Below the pieces are notes generated by a model that saw nothing but the letters and a program-made list of their open reading frames with translations, had not been told where the DNA came from and did no database searches. Below, piece by piece: positions 39,317-48,131 of a DNA stretch of 64,000 bases (position 1 is the stretch's first letter; the number at the start of each line of letters is the position of its first letter). The stretch covers positions 1,952,001-2,016,000 of the forward strand of contig OY970303.1 of assembly GCA_963716255.1 (NCBI GenBank), written 5' to 3'. This DNA is from an uncultured Gemmatimonadales bacterium. Lineage in GTDB: Bacteria > Gemmatimonadota > Gemmatimonadetes > Longimicrobiales > Longimicrobiaceae. Made by a program: the position numbers and the translations under genes.

Positions 39317-39727
39317 ATGGTCCCGTTGACCCGGCGCCGCGAGCTGCCCAGCACGGAGCAGATCCGCCAGACGGCGGAGCTGCGCGTGCAGGAGACCTCG
39401 CTGCGCCAGGTGGCGTACCGCATCGGCCTCAGCCCCATGGGGCTCAAGAAGTTCCTGGACGGCGCGTCGCCGTACGAGGTCAACCGGCGCAAGCTGGCGG
39501 ACTGGTACGTGCGCGAGCAGGGGCGGCGCACCGTCCCCGCGCCCGATCCCGCCGTGCCCGTCATCGCGCTCGGGGTGGTGCTGCGGGACCTTCCCACGCC
39601 GCTTCGCCGGGAGTCTGTGGAGCCCATGGTGCAGCTGCTGGAATCATTCTACGGGCGCTCGCAGGCGCCGCGCCCCGCCTGGCTGGACGGGCTGCGCGAG
39701 AAGCTGGCCCGGGAGCTGGAGAAGTGA
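39317..39727 (+). CDS. HTH-like hypothetical protein, paralog 2
   Basis: SLRQVAYRIGLSPMGLKKFL...LADWY...APRPAWLDGLR. Confidence 0.7.
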   Translation: MVPLTRRRELPSTEQIRQTAELRVQETSLRQVAYRIGLSPMGLKKFLDGASPYEVNRRKLADWYVREQGRRTVPAPDPAVPVIALGVVLRDLPTPLRRESVEPMVQLLESFYGRSQAPRPAWLDGLREKLARELEK

Positions 39728-39796
39728 GATAGGGCGCCGGATCCCTCCGGTGGCCCCGCAGCCTGCACGACGACCCTTCCCCGCGCCGCCGAGCCC

Positions 39797-40669
39797 CTAT
39801 GACGGCCGCAGCCCCGTCAGCTCCTCGCTGATCCGCCACAGCCTGCGCGCCGCGTCGTCGTCCAGCGCCGCGGCCGAGGGCCGCATCTCCCCCTCGTCGC
39901 GGAAGTACCGGCCCGTGACCCCGGACAGCTCCGGCGCGGAGGCGAGCCGGACCACCACCCGCGCCCCCTCCTCCGGCGTCCGCATGAAGCGCCTGAAGAG
40001 GCGCAGCGGCCCCCATCCGCCGAAGAGCAGCTCCGTGCCCACCACGCCGGGGTGCGCCGCGTTCGCGGTGACGCCCGTCCCCGCCGTGCGCCGGGCCAGC
40101 TCCCGCGTGAACAGAAGGTTGGCGAGCTTTGCCGTGCGGTAGGCGCGCAGGCCGCGGTAGCGCCGCTCACCCTGGAGGTTGTCCCACTCCAGCGGCATCC
40201 CCCGGTGCGCCTCCGAGCTCACCGTCACCACCCGCGCGGGCGCGCTCCGCTCCAGCAGGTCCAGGAGCAGGCCGGTGAGCAGAAAGGGCGCGAGGTGGTT
40301 GACGGCGAACTGCATCTCGATCCCGTCCGGCGACAGCATCCGCCGGCGCGAGTACACCGCCGCGTTGTTCACCAGCACGTCCAGCCGCCCGTAACGATCC
40401 CGGACCTCCCCCGCGAGCCGGCGCACCTCCGCCCGGACGGACAGGTCCGCGACAAACAGGTCGACCGCCGCGCTCCCGCTCCCGCGGACCACCTCCGCGC
40501 GGGCCGCCTCCCCGCGCTCGCGGCTGCGGGACACCATCCCCACCCGCGCGCCCATCCGGGCAAGTGCCAGCGCCGTCGCCCTGCCGATCCCGGCGCTCGC
40601 CCCGGTGACCACGCACACCTTCCCCGCCATGCGCCCGCTCTCGTCCGCCACGCCACGCCTCCCGTCCAT
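39797..40669 (-). CDS. SDR oxidoreductase (retinol dehydrogenase-like)
   Basis: TGASAGIG, LVNNAA, VNHLAPF, YRTAK. Confidence 0.9.
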   Translation of the reverse strand: MDGRRGVADESGRMAGKVCVVTGASAGIGRATALALARMGARVGMVSRSRERGEAARAEVVRGSGSAAVDLFVADLSVRAEVRRLAGEVRDRYGRLDVLVNNAAVYSRRRMLSPDGIEMQFAVNHLAPFLLTGLLLDLLERSAPARVVTVSSEAHRGMPLEWDNLQGERRYRGLRAYRTAKLANLLFTRELARRTAGTGVTANAAHPGVVGTELLFGGWGPLRLFRRFMRTPEEGARVVVRLASAPELSGVTGRYFRDEGEMRPSAAALDDDAARRLWRISEELTGLRPS

Positions 40670-40680
40670 GCGTTTCCCCG

Positions 40681-41163
40681 TCAGCCGAGCGCCTTGCGCA
40701 GCAGGGCGACCTGCGCCGCGTGGGCCGCGTCGTGCTGCGCCAGCCCGTGCAGCAGGACGTAGAAGGTGACGCCGCTCCCCAGCGGCCGGTCGCGCGCGTC
40801 GCCCAGGGTGGCATCCAGCCGCTCCGGCGGCATGCGCCGCACCGCGTCCACCAGCTCCCCGTGCGCCACGTCCAGTTCCGCCAGCGCAGCCTCCCAGCGC
40901 GCCCGGGTGGGCTCGCCGGGCTCGGGCCAGTCCGCCGGCTCCGGCTCGCGCGCCTCGCCCGTCCGAACCCGCCGCGTCACCTCGCGGGTCCACGCCGCCG
41001 CGTGCAGCGCGATCTCCCACACCGTGTGCGCCCGCTCCAGGGGCCGGCGCGACGCCTGCTCCGCGGTAATCCCCCGCAGCGCCTCCCGCAGCGGCGTCCC
41101 CCACCAGGCGTCGCCCCCGTACGCCCGCTCCAGCTGGTCCGCGATCCTCTCCGTCTCCGTCAT
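40681..41163 (-). CDS. DinB family protein
   Basis: HTVWEIALH, HGLAQHDAAHAAQV. Confidence 0.85.
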   Translation of the reverse strand: MTETERIADQLERAYGGDAWWGTPLREALRGITAEQASRRPLERAHTVWEIALHAAAWTREVTRRVRTGEAREPEPADWPEPGEPTRARWEAALAELDVAHGELVDAVRRMPPERLDATLGDARDRPLGSGVTFYVLLHGLAQHDAAHAAQVALLRKALG

Positions 41164-41235
41164 GGCTGCCTCCGTTCAGCATAGATCGTCCTGATTCTAC
41201 GCCGGCGCCGCCCGCGCCTGCCAGCGGCGGAGACG

Positions 41236-41273
41236 CGAGGGGGGTGGGAGAGTTCGCTCTCCCACCCCCCTCG
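41236..41273. terminator. Hairpin downstream of the histidine kinase gene
   Basis: CGAGGGGGGTGGGAGAG-TTCG-CTCTCCCACCCCCCTCG. Confidence 0.55.
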
Positions 41274-41297
41274 ACCGCCGCTGATGCCGTGCCGCGG

Positions 41298-42575
41298 TCA
41301 GCCCACGCCCCCTCCGGCGACCGGGAGGGTAAAGAAGAAGGTGCTCCCCGAGCCCACCACGCTCGCCGCCCAGATGCGCCCCCCGTGCTGCTGCACGATG
41401 CTCCGGCAGATCGGCAGCCCCAGCCCCGTCCCGCCCTTCTCGCGCGCGTCCGAGCTGTCCACCTGGCGGAAGCGGTCGAAGACCACGTCCAGCATCTCCG
41501 GCGGGATGCCGCGGCCGTGGTCCCGCACCTGGAAGGCCGCCTCCTCGCCGCGCCGCTCCGCCAGCAGCTGCACCACCCCGCCCTGGGGCGAGAACTTCAC
41601 CGCGTTCGCCAGCAGGTTCACCAGCACCTGCACCAGGCGGTCCCGGTCCGCCAGCAGGGTGAGCTCCGGCGCCACGTCGCACTCCAGCCGCACCCCGGCC
41701 GCCGAGGCCGCGTGGCGCACCGAGTCCACCGCCTCCTCCACCAGCACCGCGGCGTGCACGTGCGTGCGCTCCAGCTCCATGGTGCCCGACTCCAGCCGCT
41801 CCAGGTCCAGCATGTCGTTGATCAGCCGCACCAGCCGGTCCGAGTTCTGGGCCGCGATCTGCACCATTCGCCGCGCCTGCGGCGACGCCGGGTCCATGCT
41901 CCCGCTGGCGAGCAGCCCCAGGCTGCCGCGGATGGAGGTGAGCGGCGTGCGCAGCTCGTGCGCCACCACCGACACCAGCTCGTCCTTGAGCCGCTCCAGC
42001 TGCTTGCGCGCGGACAGGTCCAGGCGCAGCTCGATCTCGGTCACCACCGACGCCGCCAGGTCGCCCAGCACCGCCAGCTCCCGCTCCGTCCACTCCCGGG
42101 GCTCGAAGCCGGCCACGCACAGCGACCCCAGCACCACGCCGCTCGACAGCAGCAGCGGGATCCCCAGGTAGCACACCAGGCCCAGCTCCGTGGTCATGCG
42201 GCTGGCCGAGACGCGGTCGTCCAGGCGGGCGTCCGCGATCACCACGGGCTCGCGCTCCACCACCACCCACCTGCAGTACGAGTCCGCCAGCGGCGCCTCC
42301 ACGTCGCCCGGCCAGTCCGGCGGAACGAAGCAGCTCTTGGAGTACTGCTTCTCGTCATCCACCACGTTCACCAGCGCGAGCGGCGTGTTCAGGAACCCGG
42401 CCGCCAGGCGGGTGAGGCGGTCGAACGCCTCCTCCGCCGGCGATCCCACCAGGTTGCTCGCCGCGAGCACGGCGAGCCGGGCCGGGTCGCGCAGGGCGGG
42501 TTGATCCGGCTCGTTCGCCGTGGAGGCGCCGCCGGCCAGTTCGGATTTGTGCACGGGATGAGATGGATTGGACAT
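41298..42575 (-). CDS. GAF-domain sensor histidine kinase
   Basis: EEAFDRLTRLAA (GAF), HELRTPL, NLLANAVKFS, DHGRGI, GGTGLGL. Confidence 0.92.
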   Translation of the reverse strand: MSNPSHPVHKSELAGGASTANEPDQPALRDPARLAVLAASNLVGSPAEEAFDRLTRLAAGFLNTPLALVNVVDDEKQYSKSCFVPPDWPGDVEAPLADSYCRWVVVEREPVVIADARLDDRVSASRMTTELGLVCYLGIPLLLSSGVVLGSLCVAGFEPREWTERELAVLGDLAASVVTEIELRLDLSARKQLERLKDELVSVVAHELRTPLTSIRGSLGLLASGSMDPASPQARRMVQIAAQNSDRLVRLINDMLDLERLESGTMELERTHVHAAVLVEEAVDSVRHAASAAGVRLECDVAPELTLLADRDRLVQVLVNLLANAVKFSPQGGVVQLLAERRGEEAAFQVRDHGRGIPPEMLDVVFDRFRQVDSSDAREKGGTGLGLPICRSIVQQHGGRIWAASVVGSGSTFFFTLPVAGGGVG

Positions 42576-42615
42576 GGACTGCGCGCCGCCGCCGCGGACC
42601 GGGAGCGGTCCGCCG

Positions 42616-43014
42616 TCAGGGCCGGCCGGCGGGAGGGAGCGGGTGCTCCACGATCAGGTGCTCCGTCACGGGGACCCCGCCCACCAGGTGCTCCTGGATG
42701 ATGCGCTCCAGCACCGGCGGGTCGCACCGCGAGTACCAGGCGCCCTCCGGGTACACCACCGCCACCGGTCCGCCCTCGCAGATCCGCAGGCAGTTGGCCT
42801 TGGTGCGGAACACCCCGCCCTGCTCCGAGAGCCCCAGCTCCTTCAGGCGCCGCTTCAGGTAGTCCCAGGCCACCAGCGACCGCTCCGGGTCGCAGCACTT
42901 GGCCTTGGTCTGGTCCGCGCACAGAAAGATGTGCCGCCGCGTCGCGGGAATCCCCAGCGCCCCGGCGATGCGCCGCAGCCGCTCCGGGTCGGCGGAGGTG
43001 TCGATCTCGGTCAT
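42616..43014 (-). CDS. Thioredoxin-like [2Fe-2S] ferredoxin
   Basis: RHIFLC...[23 protein letters not shown]. Confidence 0.88.
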   Translation of the reverse strand: MTEIDTSADPERLRRIAGALGIPATRRHIFLCADQTKAKCCDPERSLVAWDYLKRRLKELGLSEQGGVFRTKANCLRICEGGPVAVVYPEGAWYSRCDPPVLERIIQEHLVGGVPVTEHLIVEHPLPPAGRP

Positions 43015-43102
43015 CGCAGTCGGTGGAACGGGACGACGGAGCGGGCGCCGGGGAGGTCGTCCCCGGCGCCCGCTCGGAGGTGGGCCCATCCCGGCCCCGC
43101 CG

Positions 43103-43216
43103 CTACCGCCGAATCACGCGCAGCAGGCGGAGCAGCACCGGGAAGAATCGCCCCAGCACCCGCGTCACCATCGCGAGCAGGGCCGATTGGAAGAGCCAGC
43201 GCAGGACGACGAACAT
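43103..43216 (-). CDS. Small cationic hydrophobic protein (37 aa), not in the ORF track
   Basis: ATG...[40 protein letters not shown]; co-oriented and fills the gap between two genes. Confidence 0.6.
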   Translation of the reverse strand: MFVVLRWLFQSALLAMVTRVLGRFFPVLLRLLRVIRR

Positions 43217-43258
43217 GGGCGAAGCCGGGTTGCGGTGGGAGAAGCGTTCCTGCCGCCA

Positions 43259-43813
43259 CTACGGCGTGCCCGTGCTCGCGGTTTCAACCCCCGCCGCCGC
43301 GCTCTGCCGCACCGGCGAGGCGCTGAACATCTGCGAGCGGATCTTCCAGCTCCGGCCGTCGCGCCGAAAGAGCATCACGTACGTCCCCGAGACGGCCGGC
43401 GAGCTCTCGCCCTGCTCGTTCTGGTACCAGAAGCTCCCGAACGCGTAGGCCACGCTGCCGCTCGCCACGAAGTCGTCCACCGCCACCTGGATCACGCCGC
43501 TGGTGGAAAGGATGCCCCCGAAGCCCGACTCGATCTCCTGGCGCCCCCGCAGCGGCTTGCCGTCGCCGATCAGCAGGAGCGCGTCGTCCGTGTAGAAGCG
43601 CGAGGCCCCGCGGGCGTCGTTGCGCGCCCACGCGCCCCGCCACTCCGCCAGCATCCCGCTCACCCCGCGCAGCGACTCCGCGTTGAATTCCCGCATTTCC
43701 TGCTTGCTGTCCGTCCCCCGCGGCACGGGGAGCACCTGCGCCCGCGCGGCGCCCGCGCCGAGTACGGCGATGAAAGCGAGGAGAACGGAGCGGCAAAGGA
43801 GGCGAATGCGCAT
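43259..43813 (-). CDS. Secreted NTF2/SnoaL-like (DUF4440) protein
   Basis: Signal ARA-Q; AWARNDA...FYTDDA...RGRQEI...GTYVMLFRR. Confidence 0.8.
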   Translation of the reverse strand: MRIRLLCRSVLLAFIAVLGAGAARAQVLPVPRGTDSKQEMREFNAESLRGVSGMLAEWRGAWARNDARGASRFYTDDALLLIGDGKPLRGRQEIESGFGGILSTSGVIQVAVDDFVASGSVAYAFGSFWYQNEQGESSPAVSGTYVMLFRRDGRSWKIRSQMFSASPVRQSAAAGVETASTGTP

Positions 43814-43959
43814 GTCGGGACTTCGATGGAAGGATGCAGGTTGTGCGGCAAGGCCAATTTAGCGGCCCCGGCGAAAAAAAACGAGTCCCCGCGCTCCCCG
43901 CGGGGAGCCGGCGGCCACACGCCGCGCGGGGGACCGGCCGTCCGGTCCCCCGCGCACCG

Positions 43960-44676
43960 TCAGAAGGAGGGCGTCCCCCCCGTTCCCGAGGCACCGCCCG
44001 GGTCGTCGCGCGAGTCGGGGGTGGGCCACTCCCGCGTCGTCTCCTTGGGCGGGTCCGCGGGCGAGGTCACGTCCCCCGGATCCGTGGGCCAGGCGCTGGT
44101 ACCCGCGGAGGCCGTCCCGGGATCCATCCCGCCCGTTCCCCCGCCGGACACCGGCGGCTCCGCCGCGGCCGGAGTGGCAGGTGAGGCGGGTGAAGTCCCC
44201 GCCGCGCCCCCCGCCCACCCGCCCGCCGAAGCCGTGCCCGCCGAAGCCGTGCCTGCCGAAGCCGTGCCTGCCGAAGCCGTGCCCGTCGAGGCCGAACCTG
44301 TCGAGCCCGTCGATCCCCCGGACGTCCCCGGGGCCGGCGGCGTGTCCGCGGCCGCTCCGCCCTGCCTCTCCTCCGCGCGCGTGGCCCGAGCCTCGAACTC
44401 GCGGCGCAGCCCCTCCAGCGCCGACTGCATGCGGCCGAGCACCGCGTCGATCCGCGGCTGGAAGTCCGACACGAAGCTGTCCACCTTTGGCCGCGCGCGG
44501 CTGCGGGCCTCGTCCACCTTCGGCTTCACGTCCTCCAGCGCCGCATCCACGCGCTCCTCCAGTTCCTCCAGCGCCCGCCGCACCTTCGGACGGATCTCCT
44601 CCATCGCCGCCTCGATCTTCCGGTTCAGCTCCTCCAAAGGATCGCGGCGGCCGGTCGGCTCGTTCTGGTTCTCCAT
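43960..44676 (-). CDS. Hypothetical protein: amphipathic helical repeats plus Gly/Ala/Thr/Pro-rich tail
   Basis: SD GGAG; repeated (V/I)RPKV/KPKVD units; ASAGT tandem repeats. Confidence 0.75.
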   Translation of the reverse strand: MENQNEPTGRRDPLEELNRKIEAAMEEIRPKVRRALEELEERVDAALEDVKPKVDEARSRARPKVDSFVSDFQPRIDAVLGRMQSALEGLRREFEARATRAEERQGGAAADTPPAPGTSGGSTGSTGSASTGTASAGTASAGTASAGTASAGGWAGGAAGTSPASPATPAAAEPPVSGGGTGGMDPGTASAGTSAWPTDPGDVTSPADPPKETTREWPTPDSRDDPGGASGTGGTPSF

Positions 44677-44783
44677 GATCGTCTCCAGGACTGTGCGTGC
44701 GGACGCCGGCTAGCCCGGCGCCTGGTTCCACTACGGCGGTGTACGGATCTGGTTTCGTGGCAAAACGCACACCGTACGGAAGA

Positions 44784-44933
44784 ACGGCGTTGAACGGCGG
44801 GTTTGGGCGTGCCCCCGGCTGGCGCCGGGGTCGGGCTTCGGCTCCGTAACGCACGAAACAACCGTGCGTAACGGAGTCGAGCCCGCGCAAACAGCCGCGC
44901 GGTCTCGCCCCTTCGGGCCGAAATCCCTCACGC
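44784..44933 (+). repeat. Structured intergenic repeat, copy 8
   Basis: Consensus copy between divergent genes. Confidence 0.9.
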
Positions 44934-45186
44934 GGCATGGCGCTGGCGTCCGCGGGAGGGCCCCCACCCGGCTCGCTCAGGCTCGCACGGCTTTCCCCCT
45001 ATATTCCCCAATCCTGGAGGAGGATTTCCTGTCGTTCTGGGATCTGCCCCGGCCGACCCCATACCCAGAGCTCCCCGAAGCGCGCCTATCCGTTTCTCGA
45101 CATCCGCCGCCCGAACCGCCATATTACGCGATTGCACCGCGGGGCACCCCCCGCACCATATCCGTAAATCCCGAGGGAGACATACG

Positions 45187-46356
45187 ATGGCAAGCGTTGA
45201 CCTGGCGACCGGCGGCGCGCCGCTGACGGTTCTGAGCGAAGACGAGCAGATGTTCCGCGACCTCGTGCGGCAGTTCGCCGACGACGAGGTCCGCCCGCGC
45301 GTCCACGCCATGGACGAGAAGCAGCAGATGGACCCGGCGCTCATCCCGCAGTTCTTCGAGATGGGGCTCATGGGGATCGAGGTCCCCGAGGAGCTGGGCG
45401 GCGCCGGGGTGTCGTTCTTCACCGCCGCGCTCGTGGTCGAGGAGCTGTCGCGCGTGGACGCCAGCGTCGGCGTGTTCGTGGACGTGCAGAACACGCTGGT
45501 GAACAACGCCTTCCTGCGCTGGGGCTCCGAGGAGCTCAAGGCCCGCTACCTCCCGCAGCTCGCCTCCGAGAAGGTGGGCGCCTACGCACTCTCCGAGGCC
45601 GGCTCCGGCTCCGACGCGTTCGCCCTGGCCACCCGCGGCGTCAAGGCCGACGGCGGCTTCCGCCTCACCGGGCGCAAGCTGTGGATCACCAACGGCGCAG
45701 AAGCCGAGGTGTTCATCGTCTTCGCGAACGTGGACCCCGCCGCCGGCTACAAGGGGATCACCGCCTTCATCGTGGAAAAGAGCTTCGACGGCTTTTCCGT
45801 CGGCAAGAAGGAGGATAAGCTGGGGATCCGCGCCTCCTCCACCACCGAGCTGGTCCTGGAAGACGTCTTCGTCCCCGCCGAGAACGTCCTGGGCGAGGTG
45901 GGCAAGGGGTACAAGGCCGCCATCGAGACCCTCAACGAGGGCCGCATCGGCATCGGCGCGCAGATGATCGGGATCGGGCAGGGAGCGCTGGACGCCACCG
46001 CCAGGTACGTGATGGAGCGCGAGCAGTTCGGCAAGAAGATCGGCGACTTCCAGGGCGTACAGTTCCAGATCGCGCAGATGGCCGTGGAACTGGAGGCCGC
46101 CCGCCTGATGGTCTACAACGCCGCCCGCCTCAAGGACGCCGGCCAGCCCTTCCTCCAGCAGGCGGCCATGGCCAAGCTGTTCTCCTCGCAGGTCGCCCAG
46201 CGCATCGCCTCCCAGTGCATCGACCTGTACGGCGGCTACGGCTTCACCCGCGAGTACCCGGTGGAAAAGTTCTACCGCGACAGCAAGATCGGCACGATCT
46301 ACGAGGGAACGAGCAACATGCAGCTCCAGACCATCGCCAGGAACATCCTGAAGTAG
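45187..46356 (+). CDS. Acyl-CoA dehydrogenase (short/branched-chain type)
   Basis: ALSEAGSGSD, GRKLWITN, KLGIRASST, REQFGKKI, YGGYGF, IYEGTSN. Confidence 0.95.
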   Translation: MASVDLATGGAPLTVLSEDEQMFRDLVRQFADDEVRPRVHAMDEKQQMDPALIPQFFEMGLMGIEVPEELGGAGVSFFTAALVVEELSRVDASVGVFVDVQNTLVNNAFLRWGSEELKARYLPQLASEKVGAYALSEAGSGSDAFALATRGVKADGGFRLTGRKLWITNGAEAEVFIVFANVDPAAGYKGITAFIVEKSFDGFSVGKKEDKLGIRASSTTELVLEDVFVPAENVLGEVGKGYKAAIETLNEGRIGIGAQMIGIGQGALDATARYVMEREQFGKKIGDFQGVQFQIAQMAVELEAARLMVYNAARLKDAGQPFLQQAAMAKLFSSQVAQRIASQCIDLYGGYGFTREYPVEKFYRDSKIGTIYEGTSNMQLQTIARNILK

Positions 46357-46382
46357 CCCCCCGGTCTGGAGCGAGACGAAAC

Positions 46383-46419
46383 GACAGGGGCCCCGGCGCA
46401 GCGCGCCGGGGCCCCTGTC
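46383..46419. terminator. Terminator-like hairpin after the acyl-CoA dehydrogenase gene
   Basis: GACAGGGGCCCCGGCGC...GCGCCGGGGCCCCTGTC. Confidence 0.65.
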
Positions 46420-46434
46420 CGTCATCGAAAACCC

Positions 46435-46587
46435 GCGTGAGGGATTTCGGCCCGAAGGGGCGAGACCCGGCGGGGCTGTTTCCGCCGGGGCTCGACTCCG
46501 TTGGGCTGCGTTGTTTGCAGCCCTACGGAGCCGAAGCCCGACCCCGGCGCCCGCCGGGGGCACGCCCAAACCAGCCGTGCAAACCCG
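46435..46587 (-). repeat. Structured intergenic repeat, copy 9
   Basis: Reverse-complement consensus, downstream of the susD terminator. Confidence 0.9.
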
Positions 46588-46602
46588 CCATCCCACCAAA
46601 GC

Positions 46603-46633
46603 AAAGGGCCCCCCGGAAACCCGGGAGGCCCTT
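46603..46633 (-). terminator. Intrinsic terminator of susCD
   Basis: Minus strand AAGGGCCTCCCGG-gttt-CCGGGGGGCCCTTTGCTTT. Confidence 0.65.
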
Positions 46634-46655
46634 CGCATCACACCGGCCGATCAGC

Positions 46656-48101
46656 CTACTTGTCCCACCACATGCGCGTGCTGAGCGCGTCGCCGCCCAT
46701 CGCCGAGACCGCCGCGTTCACGTTGGCCTCGTTGAAGGTGAACTCCGTGGTCGGGTAGTTCAGACGACGCGGGATCGCGGTGACGCCCGCCGTCGGCGAC
46801 TTCGCCAGCGTGAGGGGCGGCTGCCCCGTGCGCCGGTACTCGGCCCACGCCTCGACCCCCTGGCCGTAGAGCGAGATCCACTTCTGCACGTAGATCTGGT
46901 TCAGCCCAGCGGCCCCGCCCTTGTACTGCACGGCGGGCTGGGCCAGGTACGCGTCGATGGACGCGGTGGGCACGCCGACGGTCTGCATCGCGGCACGGAT
47001 GCCGTCGTTGTAGAACGTCGCGGCGCTCCCCGTGATCCACCCCTTCTCGACGGCCTCGGCCTTGAGGAAGGCCACCTCGGAGTAGTTCATCAGGAACGAC
47101 GGCGAGGTCATCGACGCGAAGAACGTCCCGATCTTCGACGTCTTGGTCAGGCCGAGCCCGGTCGCCACGCTGCTCGTCAGCCCGTTGGGCACGCCGAAGT
47201 ACTCACCCGTGTCCGCCGCCTTCTGGGCGTAGACCGCGAGGCGCGGGTCGTTCAGCCCCTTGAGCGTGTTCACCGTCGTCTCGCTGACGCGGTGGTCGTC
47301 GCGGGTGCGGTTGTTGTTGAAGATCGGGTTCTCGTTGGCCCGCACGTCGCCGGTCCAGGTCAGCTTGGCGTCGTCCGCCACGCTGGTCATGGGGCCGGCG
47401 TTGTACGCCGCCACGAAGGCGGTGCGCGCCGTGGCCGCGTCGGCCTTGGACATGCGCATCGCGTACCGCATGCGCAGCGAGTTGGCGAACTTCTGCCACC
47501 GCCCCGCGTTGCCGCCGAAGACCGGGTCGGCGCCGGCGTACACCGTCGTCACCCCGGTCAGCACCTGGTTGGCCTTGGTCAGGTCGCTGAGGATCCCCGC
47601 GTAGATGTCCTTCTGGGCATCGTACTTGGGGGTGATGATGATCTCCTTGTCGGAGCCGCGGTTGGCCTCCGAGTACGGGATGTCGCCCCAGGTGTCGGTC
47701 ATGGCCCCGAAGGTCCACGACTTCATCACCAGCGCCGGCCCGGTGAGCGCCGGCTGCTTGAGCGCCTCGGCCTGCTCGATCGTGGCGCGGAAGTCCTGCA
47801 GCGGCCCCGAGTAGGCGTTGCGGAACCACCCGTTGATCGCGTCCACGCGGATCGCGTAGCGATCCTCCTCCGTGTACTGGATCTTCGCGATGTGCTGCGC
47901 CCACAGCGAGGAGAACGTCAGGTCGAAGTCCGAGCCGCGGAAGAGCGTGACCGTGGCCACCACTCCCTGCGGGAACAGCAGCTGGGGCGTCACCGCCTCC
48001 GGCGCGTTCGGGTTCTTGTTGATGTCGGTGAGCCCCTCGTCGCAGGCTCCGGCGAGCAGCGCGAGCGCCACCACGGGTCCCAGCTTGTATGTCGTCTTCA
48101 T
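46656..48101 (-). CDS. SusD/RagB family outer-membrane lipoprotein
   Basis: Lipobox LAGAC, INKNPN, TDTWGDIPYSEA, KFANSLRMR, IYVQKWI, C-terminal MWWDK. Confidence 0.93.
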   Translation of the reverse strand: MKTTYKLGPVVALALLAGACDEGLTDINKNPNAPEAVTPQLLFPQGVVATVTLFRGSDFDLTFSSLWAQHIAKIQYTEEDRYAIRVDAINGWFRNAYSGPLQDFRATIEQAEALKQPALTGPALVMKSWTFGAMTDTWGDIPYSEANRGSDKEIIITPKYDAQKDIYAGILSDLTKANQVLTGVTTVYAGADPVFGGNAGRWQKFANSLRMRYAMRMSKADAATARTAFVAAYNAGPMTSVADDAKLTWTGDVRANENPIFNNNRTRDDHRVSETTVNTLKGLNDPRLAVYAQKAADTGEYFGVPNGLTSSVATGLGLTKTSKIGTFFASMTSPSFLMNYSEVAFLKAEAVEKGWITGSAATFYNDGIRAAMQTVGVPTASIDAYLAQPAVQYKGGAAGLNQIYVQKWISLYGQGVEAWAEYRRTGQPPLTLAKSPTAGVTAIPRRLNYPTTEFTFNEANVNAAVSAMGGDALSTRMWWDK

Positions 48102-48131
48102 GCCATCATCATCGTTCAGGGTGAACCCGGC

